Of a DNA stretch of 64,000 nucleotides, positions 39,601 through 51,945 are shown piece after piece (positions within the stretch are counted from its first letter, which is position 1; every line of letters begins with the position of its first letter). Made by a program: the position numbers and the translations under genes. The notes below the pieces were generated by a model. The model made no database searches, had not been told where the DNA came from, and saw only the letters and a list, made by a program, of their open reading frames with translations. Source of the stretch: Antedon mediterranea (lineage: Eukaryota > Animalia > Echinodermata); NCBI RefSeq assembly GCF_964355755.1, contig NC_092673.1, positions 3,534,001 through 3,598,000 on the forward strand, read 5' to 3'.

Positions 39601-42600
39601 ACCAATATCCACCAATATCCATCAATTCCCATCAATACCCATCAATACCCACCAATTCCCATCAATTCCCATCAATACCCACCAATATCCACCAATATCC
39701 ACCAATACCCATCAATTCCCATCAATACCCACCAATATCCATCAATACCCACCAATACCCATCAATTCCCACCAATACCCATCAATTCCCATCAATACCC
39801 ACCAATATCCACCAATACCCACCAATACCCATCAATTCCCATCAATTCCCATCAATACCCACCAATATCCATCAATATCCATCAATTCCCATCAATACCC
39901 ACCAATACCCATCAATTCCCATCAATTCCCATCAATACCCACCAATATCCACCAATATCCACCAATACCCATCAATACCCACCAATACCCATCAATTCCC
40001 ATCAATACCCACCAATATCCATCAATTCCCATTAATTTCAATCAATACCTATCAATTCCAATCAATACCCATCAATGCCCATCAATTCCCATCAATATCA
40101 ATCAGTACTCACCAATACCAACCAGTATCCATCAATTCCCATCAATTCCAATCAATAGCCACCAATATCCATCAATATCCATCAATTCCCACCAATATCC
40201 ATCAATTCCCATAATTCCAATTTATATCCATCAATTCCCATCAATATCCATCAATACCCATCAATACCCACTAATTCCCACCAATACCCATTAATACCCA
40301 CCAATTCCCACCAATATCTATCAATTCCCATTAATTCCAATTAATACCCATCAATTCCCATCAATATTCATCAATTCCCAATAATTCCAATCAATGCCCA
40401 TCAATTCCCATCAATACTCACCAATACCAACCAGTATCCATCAATTCCCATCAATTCCAATCAATTCCCATCAATACCCACCAATATCCATCAATTCCCA
40501 TCAATACCCATCAATACCCATAAATACCCATCAACTACTTTGGAATCTCTCGACAACTTAATGCTTAGTATTCCTTACATTCATAATGTATTATCGCAAA
40601 AAGGGACAAGCTACAAAATTGAGGCTAATAATAGATTTGTGTTAAATCAACTTACAAGATATTTCATGAACATTTTTGATATTATTACGAAGAGCAAATT
40701 TCTTACAATAACCATTGACATAAGTACTAATAAAAAACTAATTTTATATTGACTAAAATTAATCATTCACTACTGTACAACACAATGAAATTAAAATTGA
40801 GGAGAAATACTGTATTCATTAATCAATAATGATATTTAGTTTTTTATGAACATTTTAACATCAATATATCTTTGTATACTAGAATGAAACTTAATAGTGA
40901 AACTAGCATATCAAAAATAATATTTATAAACACATTATGATACTGTAATGAATACAAATATAACATGTATTAAAATAACAACTGTAGGTTAAAATTGGGA
41001 CCGATTTAATATGTAATACTATTTACAAAAACAATCGGAAAAAATTGCTTGTGTAAAATAATATTAGATTTTATTATACAAAAACATAAGTTAGTTTTTC
41101 ATTTATCTGTTTTTGTATATCTCAGAGCAAAAATTATTTCTATGCATATTTTATATGCAAATGACAATAATGAAAGTAATTTTCCATTTCAAAAGGTTTT
41201 CCTTACAAATTTCCCGAAATTTTATAATTTATTCTTGTTTGTTGTAATAATACACAATTTTTTTTCAGTCCAAATTTTCTCGGAAAGGTTTCTTACGGAC
41301 CAGGTGGTGTATGAATGGAAGGTATTTTGAATTAATTTGTATTTTTAATTGTTATAATTCTCGTGTTGGTTAATTACACATACTGGCATTTTATATGTTG
41401 TAAAATATATTGTGCTTTTAATAAAACATATTAAAGTATGTGACCTAGAATTATTCCAATGCACAATTTTTCTTCTTAATTTATTGCATTACACGATCAC
41501 TGGCTTAATGTTCATCCAAAGAATTACGTTTATTTTCTACAATATCTTTCTAGCTTTTACTACTAATAATAAATTATTCCAGATAAATTTAAATTTTCTC
41601 TTTTTCCCTTGTCTACACTATCAAACTTTATGTGACAAAAATATGTGATGTGCCCATATATAGACAAGATGATGTCATATCACTACCATATTTGGGCATA
41701 TCCCACTATATTTGGACACATAACATTTTTTTTGTTTGATAGTGTAGACAGAACTTTATACATTCTTCAGTATCACTTTCAACAACTGTATCTTTTCAAA
41801 ATATTTTTCTTGTCATTTTAACTATGGAAATTCATTAATAAAGATTGTTTTTACTTGACAACCAATATAAACAAACATCCACAGAATGAAGTATGTAAGG
41901 CATGCCTACTTAAAATACTGTATGTTAATGACTTTCTGTTTCATTTCAACTCAACATTTATTTTTATATATTCAAATTTCCACAAATCCAAAACAAAACC
42001 ATATAAGAGTCAAGAAACGGACAAATTTACCGTGTTTTATAATACAATTTATTTATTCTCTTTTTTTATAGCATTTTTGATCTGATAAATCTACATTTAT
42101 TTCACGATGCCAGTAATGTGATTGCCATGCAGTCGGTAAGTGAACGTCGTGTTTTTGAACGCCACCATCTTTTTCAGGCTGTGTGAAATACAAGACTATA
42201 GTCAATATCAATCTATTAAAGCCATTTTCTCAATATATAATATTTAATATGACAAGCTGTCATTAATGTTTGTAATAACCTTTAAGTAATTACTTCTGAC
42301 AGCTCTAATATCAACTGTGCTCACATCAAATTATGTTAATTTTACCAGACAAGCTACACTTAATTATGGCCAGTATAATGTAGTTTTATCTCGACTACAA
42401 TTTGTTCATTGAATCCAGTTCAAGATAATGTATTAATGTTTTTAAGAAATGCATTTGTGATGGCAGAAATAAACTACAGTCGCACAATTAGATTCTATAA
42501 GCATGGGTTTAGTTTGCATGGCAATTAATACTGTTTGATATTTGATGAAAGGAGGTGTTGTAAATAAGCTCGGTCTAATCTACACTATCAAACTATGGAG

Positions 42601-45600
42601 GTAAATACCTAAAAAAAAGTGTGATGTGCTCATGGTAGTGATATGACATCATAATGTCCATATATGGGCATATCACATTTGTTTTCACATAAAGTTTGAT
42701 AGTGTAGACAGAGCTTTACAATAATAAATTGCTACTGTTTTATTTTTTAGTTTCCATCCACTTACAGTAATAAAAGAAAGAAGGCTCTTCTTGCTGTGCT
42801 AGACAGGTATAGTATATCCCAAGCTTTAAATTAAAGAAATATAGTTGAACCCTTATTACCTTTGGTACCCAACGATGTGTACCCCTAAGTAGGGTGTTCC
42901 CTTGAATATTGATTGGCTGTACATTAAAAATATATAATGCCCTCATTTGTTTCACTGAAAAGTGTCTCCTAAATAGGAGTGCCCCAAAAAAAGATTCTAT
43001 TGTATTGTTTCACATATTCTACTGATCCTCTGATCTTACTCCCACACTTGGAGTGATATTCTAGAGTGACGTTCTGGAGTGATATTCTGGAGTGATATTC
43101 TCTGGTGTGATATTCTAGAGTGACGTTCTGGAGTGACATTCTTGAGTGACATTCTTGAGTGATATTCCGGAGTGATATTCTGGAGTGATTTCTGGAGTGA
43201 CTTTCTGGAGTGACATTCTGGAGTGATGTTCTGGAGTGACGTTCTGGAGTAGTGATGTTCTGGAGTGACATTCTGGAGTGATATTCTGGAGTGACATTCT
43301 GGAGTGACATTCTGGAGTGACATTCTGGAGTGATATTCTTGTAAAATAATCTATGTGAGCATAGGGCAAACTATTATAATTTGGTCCTCATGTTTAAACC
43401 CATATCCCAAGTTCAATGGGGTGACCATGCGCTGTAACTATAGAGAAATATTATGCCTTTAATTCTATTTTATATACTATAAATATTTTGTTGTAGGTTA
43501 GAAAATGACCAACATGATAAGGTGCCATACTTTGTGTTTGGAGATTTCAACTTCAGGCTGGACACGCATGATGTTGTCAAAGTAAGAAGAGCTTGATTTA
43601 TCTTTTACAAATATGGTTAAGCTCTGTCCACACTATTAAACTTTATGTGACAACAAAATTTGACGTGCCTATATAGGCATATAATGATGTCATATCACTA
43701 CCATATTTGGCATATCAATAACATATTAGGGCACATCACATTTTTTTTGTCAAACAAGTTTGATAGTGTAGACAGAGATTTATAATAACTGTGTTTTTAT
43801 TTTCACTTTCTTTTTTATTATATCATCTATATTATTAAAGTAATCATGTGAAATGTTTAAACTGTTTAAGTACTGTAGCAGTTATGTAACATCTATAATT
43901 AGCCTATTATTCAATCACATTATAGTCATTAAACAACATGTGAATGATCACATTTATTTGTGGTAGGAAGGAATTATCATAATATAAATACTGTTCTCAA
44001 ATTAGTGTCAATTTAATACACCATTTTTAGCTTTTCAACAAAACCATTATTATTGTACTTTGTTGTCTATTATTATACTATATTATATATATTATTATGT
44101 TATATATTATATATATTATTTTTATATTATTATATTGTATTTGCTTTTCTTCGCTCAGCTTCTAAATGTTTAATTTATTTGTTTGATGTTCTATAGGCAC
44201 TGACAACATCTGCCTCTGGCGAGTACATAAAAGAGGACAATGATGTAGTAAAAGTTATATTTACTGAGAATGGAAATTCTGGAAAGGTAATACACTTGTT
44301 ATCTGAACCAAATTGCATTTGATATTTTGATTATTATATAACTACTGCAGGTAAATTTTGCTTGAACTTTAATCTAACGTAGCTATCAGTGCAAGCTTGG
44401 TGGTAGAGGTATAAACACCAAGCTAATGTTATGTGACCGTGCTCACCATTCACACTTAGGCTAAGGGAAACACTTTCTGTTGTTGTTAAAGCTTGGTTCC
44501 CACTAGAACGTAACGCAAGGACGTAAACGCAACGCAAGCGTTTTAACCAATGACAAGCCAAGTTATATATAGTTAGCAATCACAAGCGAATAAGCCATCG
44601 CTTTTGATTGGTCAATTTACTTGCGTTGCGTTACGTCCTTGCGTTGCGTCGCTAGTGGGAACCACGCTTATGAGAATAACGTGCACATTTTTTTGCAGGT
44701 GTTCAAAATGTTTAAAATATTGTATAGATTCATTTAAACATTTTTTCTGCATAATAATAGGTTGTGTTAACACTAGAAAAGAAGAAATTTGAGGCAAGTG
44801 AAATATCACCAAATAAAGCCAAATGGGTAATTATTCTCTGTTTTTTTAAAGATAAATGATTGTAAAATTTTACCAATAGATGGCAGAAAATTAAATATAA
44901 ACCTAGACACAGAAACAATATTTTTACACATTTTTTTTTAAACATGGTGTTTTCAGAAAACTTTTCTGATACCTTTGGGCTGTCCCAAATTGCTGATTTC
45001 TGGGCAAGTGTATATTATTCCGAATTCATTTTAATACCGGGCAATAGGAATAAATTTTACTTATGAAACATTAATAATATTGTTTAACTTTTTTTTATTA
45101 TTATCAGTTATTGCAATTTGACAAAGAGGCTGGTAGTTTTTCTGAGCATTTCTTGGAACACGAAAAGTCATTTGCACCAAGGTGAGAACATATTATTATT
45201 TATGACAATTTATAATAGGATGTGAAAAAAAGTTTAATTGTGTCACTGTGTTTTGTATGTGTTGTACCTTTGTCTGTGTAAAAGCTATACCAGTATATAA
45301 AATGTCCTAAGTCAATTAAATTTCAATTTTGCTTTTATTCCGGATTCACGTCCATAGTTACAAATCTATTGCAGCACATCAAAAAAACACAAATATAAAT
45401 ATATAAATTAAAAAAAAATACACAGGTTTTATATTTGTATTCTATTGTTATTTACATAATTTAATAATTAGAGAAGTGCAATTTACCTTTAATTATCTTT
45501 TCATTGTTTCTATTTTGGTTTAGCTACCCTTATAGTGAAGACATGAACCAGGGTGAGAACTACATGCAGACGCGTGTTCCGTCATGGTGTGACAGGGTCT

Positions 45601-46437
45601 TTTATTCAAAGAGTGCAAATGAATCGTTGATTATGGTACGTACTACAAGGTTTGCTTGGTGAATAAACACTAAAGTTCTGTCTACACTATCAAAGTTTAT
45701 GTGACAAAAAAATGTGATGTGCCCATATATGGACATGATGATGTCATGTCACTACCGTATTTGGGCATTTCACTACCATATTAAGGCACATCACACTTTT
45801 TTTGTCCAACTAGTTTGATAGTGTAGACAGAGATTTTAAAAAAAAAGTCATGTTCCAATAGAAACTCCCTATGAACCAGTATTTATTTTTTGAAAGATTA
45901 TGTAGCCAAATGTGATAAGGTACAATTTACCTAACTTTTACTTTACCTTTATTTTAAAAAGATTGAAAACGAGGAAAAAAAGAAGGTACATACAAACATT
46001 TCTTTATTTATGATTTTATTTTAATCGTTCATATTATTATTTATCCTTTGTCTTCTCCTTTAGACGAATGACAATCAAGCAGAGTATGAAGTGATTGGGG
46101 CTGACGTATGCATGGGGGATCACAAGGTAAGTATAAAGCTCTGTCCACACTATCAAACTAGTTTGACAAAAAAGTGTGATGTGCCCAAATATGGTAGTGA
46201 TATGCCCATATGAAATCATTGATATAATGTTATGTAAAAGTTTTAATATGATAAAAGAAGAAATATGATAGCAGAAAAAATATGATAGAAGAAGAAATAT
46301 GATTTAATTGTGCTTAATTATTTTCTCAATTGCAGCCAGTTTATCTTCACTTCTCTTTAGCGAATTCAAAAGGTAACAGTCGTCAAAGTAATAACAAAAG
46401 TAGTGATTCTGATATTTCGTGTTGTACAGTTCTTTGA
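12697..46437 (+). CDS. INPP5A: Type I inositol 1,4,5-trisphosphate 5-phosphatase, CAAX isoform (419 aa)
   Basis: Exons 12697-12792, 14157-14198, 26914-27014, 29714-29801, 31260-31323, 38356-38459, 41269-41321, 42072-42135, 42751-42806, 43497-43581, 44197-44286, 44761-44826, 45108-45181, 45524-45635, 46064-46126, 46336-46437 (1260 nt, phases consistent). Motifs include VLLVTANLGSLFED, HCQEVGGKN, SRKGFLRTRW, LHLFHDASN, FVFGDFNFRLD, SYPYSED, TRVPSWCDRV and CMGDHKPV, ending SCCTVL*. Confidence 0.96.
13677..13810 (+). mobile_element. tRNA-derived SINE (CORE/Nin-like body), truncated
   Basis: A box tggcgcagtggtt and B box ggttcaagcc, followed by gtccttgagcaag...ctctacccaggtg...ggtacc. There is no complete cloverleaf. 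Confidence 0.7.
16161..16482. mobile_element. Kolobok-like MITE family C
   Basis: TTAA|agatgtattgtccccc...gggggacaatacatct|TTAA. Confidence 0.85.
17837..18659 (+). mobile_element. PIF/Harbinger deletion derivative with degenerate Myb/SANT (trihelix) ORF remnant
   Basis: TTA|ggccctgtttctgctgc...gcagcagaaacaggccc|TTA, with subterminal ataccgta repeats. The internal ~18152-18410 translates, with stops and a frameshift, to WSEDVTVLL...LKGNKRDNHIYKDISKKIKQEYGIDLSPKQVNSKLKSLRK*YNIVKYNNSGRERINCPRYD. Confidence 0.85.
20300..20520 (-). mobile_element. Degraded Meta-type SINE fragment
   Basis: gggtaacccccactc...gggttctttaatgtgc...acctctgttttaagtc is similar to 63410-63709. Confidence 0.55.
21159..21400. 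mobile_element. Two partial MITE family A copies
   Basis: gttctgt(ct)acactatcaaac starts at ~21161 and ~21287. Confidence 0.75.
22762..24069. mobile_element. hAT-like non-autonomous element (1.3 kb) with 5-bp TSD
   Basis: caatt|cagtggcggatctag...ctggatccgcccctg|caatt, with GC-rich subterminal tacgcccccctattt repeats and a CpG-rich interior. Confidence 0.8.
26658..26885 (+). mobile_element. tRNA-derived SINE with Deu-like domain
   Basis: A box tagccgagtggtt, B box ggttcaattcc, body aaatgagtacctg...aggaactggccaccttacc, tail acctttaccttt. Confidence 0.75.
27036..27546. mobile_element. Tc1/mariner-like MITE with internal ~148-bp tandem units
   Basis: TA|cagtag...aacctctattaaagggacac at the left end and tgtccctttaatgga at the right. 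Internal ccgtagagg.cgtaga.gcaaaaaagttcgcggaact units occur ~2.5 times. Confidence 0.6.
28185..28345. mobile_element. MITE family A copy (near full length)
   Basis: gctctgtctacactatcaaact...agcttgatagtgtagacaggg. Confidence 0.85.
30104..30243. mobile_element. MITE family A copy
   Basis: ggtctgtctacactatcaaa...tttgatagtgtagacagagct. Confidence 0.85.
30940..31085. mobile_element. MITE family A copy
   Basis: atcaaactttatgtgac...aaactagttatagtgtagacagatct. Confidence 0.8.
33232..33470 (+). repeat. Interspersed repeat family D
   Basis: Matches the reverse complement of 10262-10480. Confidence 0.75.
33577..33778. mobile_element. ~200-bp MITE with CAGG termini (hAT-like)
   Basis: TIR caggccttgtctttt...aaaagacaaggcctg; TSD not clean. 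Confidence 0.7.
34170..34855. repeat. Tandem repeat, ~132-141-bp unit x~5
   Basis: Repeated ataaacgtattggatcttt...gtagcatac...atgaactattaaatt...tcatctcgtattaaatcattt. Confidence 0.9.
35267..35433. mobile_element. MITE family A copy
   Basis: tgtctacactatcaaattagtttg...agtttgatagtgtggacagagct. Confidence 0.85.
36205..36490. mobile_element. Kolobok-like MITE family C, 5'-degraded
   Basis: Internal sequence and right end ggggacaatatatct|TTAA match the 16161 copy. Confidence 0.7.
37537..37677 (+). pseudogene. 28S (LSU) rRNA fragment, 141 nt, inserted in an INPP5A intron
   Basis: ggggagtttgactggggcggtacatctgtcaaatggtaacgcaggtgtcctaaggcgagctcag...gagcaaaagggcaaaagctcgcttgattttg is the conserved eukaryotic LSU domain V region. 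It is flanked by a 9-bp direct repeat ataaacaca. Confidence 0.92.
38856..38920. repeat. 21-bp tandem repeat (caacacacgccatttaatata) x3
   Basis: Direct inspection. Confidence 0.9.
39464..40535. repeat. 10-bp minisatellite, consensus A(T/C)CAAT(A/T)(C/T)CC, ~105 units
   Basis: Direct inspection; variant units are interspersed. Confidence 0.97.
41608..41755. mobile_element. MITE family A copy
   Basis: tgtctacactatcaaacttt...gtttgatagtgtagacagaact. Confidence 0.85.
42566..42714. mobile_element. MITE family A copy (opposite orientation to 41608 and 43620)
   Basis: tctacactatcaaacta...aaagtttgatagtgtagacagagct. Confidence 0.85.
43048..43339. repeat. 13-bp minisatellite (tctggagtgacat) x~22
   Basis: Direct inspection; it explains three spurious minus-strand ORFs. 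Confidence 0.95.
43620..43780. mobile_element. MITE family A copy
   Basis: agctctgtccacactattaaact...agtttgatagtgtagacagagat. Confidence 0.85.
44490..44669. mobile_element. MITE family B full-length copy (Harbinger-like)
   Basis: taa|agcttggttcccactagaacg...cgtcgctagtgggaaccacgct|ta. Confidence 0.85.
45674..45834. mobile_element. MITE family A copy
   Basis: agttctgtctacactatcaaa...agtttgatagtgtagacagagat. Confidence 0.85.
46137..46210. mobile_element. MITE family A half copy
   Basis: agctctgtccacactatcaaactagtttgac... begins 10 nt downstream of the 46126 donor. Confidence 0.8.
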
Positions 46438-46863
46438 CACCTGTGTCATTTCCTCTTGTGTGCAATTGTCTGTATGGCGCCCTCACTTGTTGTAAGTTAT
46501 CACTATTAACTCTTGCATGTTGTCTTCACTAAAAATTGTGATTGTGACTTTTTTCGTTTTCTTTTCTTCACAAATTGTCATTTTTCAATAAAATAATACA
46601 GAAAGGTTAATTTTTTAAATAATTATAAGGGTTAATAGCAACAGTGTGTTAGTATATTAATTGAAAAAATAATAATTAAATGTATGACCAAAAGACATTT
46701 TTCAGAGCAATTTAACAGAAAAATTTATCTAATTTGTTATTTTCCATAAAAGTGAATGGATTAGAAAACAGAAGTTTAAAGTTACAATGAAATGAACTAT
46801 AATTTGTTTTAATTTAAATAATAATCACTAATGTATTCATATAGTAGGACATTTTCAAGTTAA

Positions 46864-47479
46864 AGACACCTTCCCTACAATTTGTGACGTTTTGTAAAAA
46901 TAATACATATATATCACTTTAAAAACATTAAACCAGGTCATTCCTTGTCTTAAATGTACGTTTTATGGTAAATTATGATAAAAAGTGAGAAACAATGCAC
47001 TACCTAAGTAGCTCGCGGCGATCGACCTCTCGTGGACGGTCTTTAGGCCTAGCTTAGTTTTGTAGGCCTAGCTGGTAAACATCGGTAACGTACGAACATC
47101 GTACGCTAGCTAAATACCTAGCCTGACGTTGTATAGTTGCTGCATTAATTGTCTTTCAATTTTTGCCAGACTACGTTGATACAAATGGGGGAAAACCCGG
47201 TATTTTCGCTGAAAAGTTAGAAGTTTTCCATTTGTTTTGGCCTCACGATCGATCGAAAAGTGGGTGAATTACAGAAAAAAAACAAAAATATCAATCCGCG
47301 CGCAATGCATTTTGGGATTTATAGCGGGCCGCTATAATTATTAGAATCGACTTATTTTTCACATTTTTAACCATTTAAAGACGAAAAAATTTATCGCAAT
47401 AGGACCATATAGTATTATTTTTACATTAAATATAGTTTGTGATCTTAAATTAGATCTAAAAAACGTAGGGAAGGTGTCT
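46864..47479. mobile_element. Kolobok-like non-autonomous element (616 bp)
   Basis: TTAA|agacaccttccctac...gtagggaaggtgtct|TTAA, a perfect 15-bp TIR with a CpG-rich interior. Confidence 0.85.
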
Positions 47480-48536
47480 TTAACTATGTGGCTAGCATAA
47501 AGATTACAAAAATAAAGCGTAGCTGCACGTTAGTTTAAATTTGAGTTTTAGAAGCTATCACAACATTGACTGGTATTTGAGCATGTTTATTACACTCCAC
47601 TGGTCCTTGTAATAAAAAGTTAATATTATTTTAGAGAACACATAGATATGTCACAGTACTGTATATGTTTTATAAAATAAATCATTTAAAAACTACTTTA
47701 TACTCTAATATTGTTCCATGTTATTTACATTTAGAGTACACCTACATATTAGTCAGACTCTCTTCTATTTACTCCATATGTCTATAATATAAATTATATA
47801 AAAACTACTTTTTTTAAAAGAGCATACCAAAAAGTCTTTACTAACTCATGATGAAGTCATTATTAATTATTATTAATCTATTTTATCGAACTAATGGTTA
47901 TGGAAAATTAAGTAATATTTAATAATCAATGTACACATAGGGCCTGTTCAGACTTAGTCAAGTTACCTGCTATTGCTAAGTTGGCTACATAGAAAAATTA
48001 TCTCTAACTTTGATTGGTAGGTAACCAACTAATACCTGGGTAAATTATTAAGGCTAAATGCGGCCATAGATGTATCACAATTTTGTTACAACTTAAAACC
48101 ATAATGTGGAAATCACTCATCGACATATTTTTTTCTAGTCTTTCTCTTGAAAATGTTTAAAATGATGTGCATATTTTATTTTATAACATGTTTTTGCTGT
48201 TTTTATTTCTGTACCTGGCACAGTATAGATTTTGATCAAAAGTGAATCCCTGTTTTGCTTCACTCCCCCTTTGTGTAAGTTTATTGTTTTATCATTTTTA
48301 TGATCAATTTTTTTTTTCCATTTTTTCTGCTACCATGTTAGAGGTCTACAGAGTTGAATAACAATCTCATATGATACAGTTGTTTTGAAACAAAGCAGAA
48401 TGTCAAACATCTTTGGCTAAATTGTAGATCTTCCCATTTCCTTTCTTTCTTGAGTGTTAATTCCTTGGGAATGAACTTTTGATGCATCTATGTCGTTGCA
48501 TTCTGTCCGCATCCTTGCGTTGCATCTACGTCCTAA

Positions 48537-48697
48537 AGCTCTGTCTACACTATCAAACTAGTTTCACAAAAAAAGTGTGATGTGTCCAAATATGGTAGTG
48601 ATATACCCAAATATGATAGTGGTATGACATCATCATGTCAATATATGGGCACATCACATTTTTTTGTCACATAAAGTTTGATAGCGTAGACAGAGCT
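48537..48697. mobile_element. MITE family A full-length copy
   Basis: taa|agctctgtctacactatcaaact...agtttgatagcgtagacagagct|tta (TWA context typical of PIF/Harbinger). Confidence 0.85.
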
Positions 48698-49402
48698 TTA
48701 CGTGATGTTCTAGTGGAAATCAATGTTTACAAGAGTTGCTTGTGTTTCATGTTTGCAACAAAACAATTAAATGTGATTTTGTTATTAAACAATATAGAAG
48801 CAATCTAATACCCTCTAACCTTGTTTTATATATGTATTTAGTTTTACACATTAACATTGTGTGCACATTTTTACACTCAAGCACTGCACTGCATGTTTAA
48901 CATTATACCTGTATAATTCAATAGGGACTTTTCAAAGACATGACGTAACATCAAGCTTTCGAAACAAAAGCTTGTTGTGTGTATAATTCTGAAATTGGGT
49001 ATCATAACCCTATATTATTAAATTTGTGCAATCAAAAATATCCCTACTTTTGGGGATATAAGCACTTAGTACTTCATAGTAATGTGCTTTAAGAACAAAT
49101 GCAAATTCATTTCACAGAATTTTAAGGCAGTGTTCATAAAATTCCTTATTATTTTGATTTTAACTCAAAAGTTTGGTGGTATCATACATGATGTAAATGC
49201 AAATTGATTTGAAAAGAATTTCTATTGAGATTATTTTTAGATATTAATTAGTGTTTTGCATGTCTACTAATTAATGTATGTTGATACTGTTTATATACCT
49301 ATGAGAGTTATAAGATAAAACTGCCACTTTTCAGGAACATTTTCTAATGATCTCCAAATTTTATGTTTAACTTTACATTTTGATTAATGAAATTACTAAG
49401 TA

Positions 49403-49566
49403 CAGTGGAAACCATATTTAGGGGAGACCTTCCAAAGAAAACAATGTATCCTTGTTATGGTGTACCCTGGATAGAGGTTGGCTGTAGTGTTAAAACATAC
49501 ATTGACCTTTATTCGTTATGCAAAGTTTCCCTTTAATAGTGGTGTACTAAAAGAGTTCCTCTGCTG
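49403..49566. mobile_element. Degraded Tc1/mariner-like MITE
   Basis: TA|cagtggaaacc.tattta...agagttcctctgctg|TA. Confidence 0.5.
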
Positions 49567-50438
49567 TACCTCAAATTAACAGTCTTCAAAATGTTCTTTA
49601 ACATTTTAGTGGCAACTTTAACTAATGATAATCGTTATTATAGAATTTTTTTTTATAATTGTTTACTATTGATCTTTGCTATGTTAGTAGAAGAATGACA
49701 TAACATGTATTATATAATCATATTGCATTAATATATATTTCTTTATTACTCTGCATGTATTAAATGCTTACATTTCTTTCCCTTCTGAATGATATTTATC
49801 CTTAAAACATGCTATTTTTGTTACCTTTTCTGCATCCCCAAAGTTTTCGTTTAAATTAAAAGACGCTTAAAATCTCATTGAATGATAAAAACAGTTTTTG
49901 GAATGTTTATGTTTTTGGCAGTCTAGTTTCTAGACGGCAATTCAGCTTAATATTTGTAGAAAGAAAACATTTTTGGCATCCATGGCGTGTCATAAATATA
50001 CTTCCAATGAAATTTTTGAACAAATAAAAACACCCTCTGGTGGCTTTGTATGAAAAGAAAACAATAATTTTGTGAAGTGTTTCCTGCAAAACCAAAACAA
50101 TTTCTTTTTAAAAAATTCAACTGTTTATCAGAAAATTCTGCTTTTTCATGAGACAAATTTTACAGTATTTATAACAAATTTTCTTACCTCCAAATTAATT
50201 TCTATTTTTTTAAAATTCCTATTTTTGTTCTGTTGATTTCCTTCCTTTATTTAATGAACTTTCATTTGGATTGCTTTCTGCTTCAGGGAATAATATATCT
50301 CCGCTGAGAAATGCCATGCTGACTATATTATATATGTGCACGTTGGGCCCTAGAGTCATCTGATTTTAAGTGCTACCCATCATACTAATATCTGGTAAAC
50401 TCATGCTGTTCAAATTGTCTGGTGCAATGTCTGTGTAA

Positions 50439-50632
50439 AGGCTCTTTCACACCTGTCCCGGCATGGTTTCGGTCCAGCACCGGCAAATCAAGTTGAACAT
50501 GAATCTTTCGTTTTCACGATACTCGAAACGTCACTAGATATGCGCATAGCCATGTGAAAACAAAGCATTCATGTACGATTTGATTTGCTGGTGTCTGACC
50601 GGAACAGTGGCAGAACATGTGTGAAAGACCCT
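50439..50632. mobile_element. Palindromic MITE with ~80-bp imperfect arms (Harbinger-like termini)
   Basis: aggctctttcacacctg...gcaaatcaagttgaacatgaatc pairs with ...attcatgtacgatttgatttgc...catgtgtgaaagaccct. Confidence 0.75.
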
Positions 50633-51517
50633 CAATGCCTGGTTTTTATAAAATCTACATGCAGTCATATTGGTGTGTTCAGTTTACTGTAGGAGTGATA
50701 TTCATAACAGCAAATTCTTGGTACACATTAATAGGAATGATTCTTTCATACAATAATACAGAGATACCAAATTTTGAAAAGAGAGTGAGATCAAAGGGAA
50801 ATCCAATAGGGCCCACTTAATTTCCAAAATTACAATGCAAAAAATATGAAATTCAGTTCAGCACTTGCTTTCTTAATTTTTAGGCCTTGGGGACCCCCTA
50901 TTTCAAAACTATACGCCACTGGAGAATGCAGTATTCCCCAACAATGCAGTATCTTGAAATGTACTCTACAGTTTACTTTTTCAAACACGTTTTGATAAAT
51001 AAACCAATAAAAGTGAATACTACTGAAAAAAAGAGAGATTTCATCTGCAAATTTAAAATATTTTAGCCTGACTTTTTTTACTACATAGCCATCCATAAAA
51101 ATGGCCAATCATCATCTATTAATTCACTGTTTACTGGGGAGGAGGTTGTCATTGCTCTGCTTTGTATTGATTTTATTAAAACCAGGCTTCATTTCAGTTT
51201 ACCTTTGGTCAACTGCTAGTTTTTTATTATTATTATTATTATTGGCCATTTTATAGAATAATGCAAGATGCATGTAGACTATTCTTCTGCTTGTATTTTA
51301 TGGGTATTTGCATTATGGAAAATGAATTTTCATATATTATTTGCATGACTTATCCTACCTGTCTACATTATCTTATGCTTAGAATTTCATCTTGTTACAG
51401 TTTAATATTTAATCTTTTAAAAAGAAAACAGAGCATAATACAATGGAAGCCACTTGCCTATTTACTAATTGTAGATCTGCCTCTGTTATATTTTATTGAC
51501 CATCTGAATATCTTGTA

Positions 51518-51945
51518 TGATCGTCATATCATCATCATTATTTTCATCATCATCATCGTCATCATCATTATCAATGATTTTCATCATCATCATCATCATC
51601 TTCATCATCATTATCATCATCATTATCTATGTGCATCATTATTTTCATCATTGTCATCAGCATTATCATCATCATTGTCATCATCAGCATTATCATCATC
51701 ATCGTCATCATCATCATCATCATCATCATTATAATTATCTATGTGCATCATTATTATTTTTCATCATCATTGTCATCATCAGCATTATCATCATCATTGT
51801 CATCATCAGCATTATCATCATCAATGTCATCATCAGCATTATCATCATCATTGTCATCATAATTATCTATATGCATCATTATTTTCATCATCATAACCAT
51901 GGTTATGTTCATATTTATCATAGAATGGTTATAACCATCATCACT
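51518..51945. repeat. Compound (CAT/ATC)n microsatellite
   Basis: Direct inspection; it gives poly-H/I/S pseudo-ORFs. Confidence 0.95.

Noticed and set aside
42969-43369. Three overlapping minus-strand ORFs with SLQNVTPE repeats
   Set aside because: They are a by-product of a stop-free 13-bp minisatellite that is open in all three frames.
48224-48284. Candidate extra INPP5A exon (cag|tatag...ttgt|gtaagt)
   Set aside because: Immediate stop in the required phase and no recognisable peptide.
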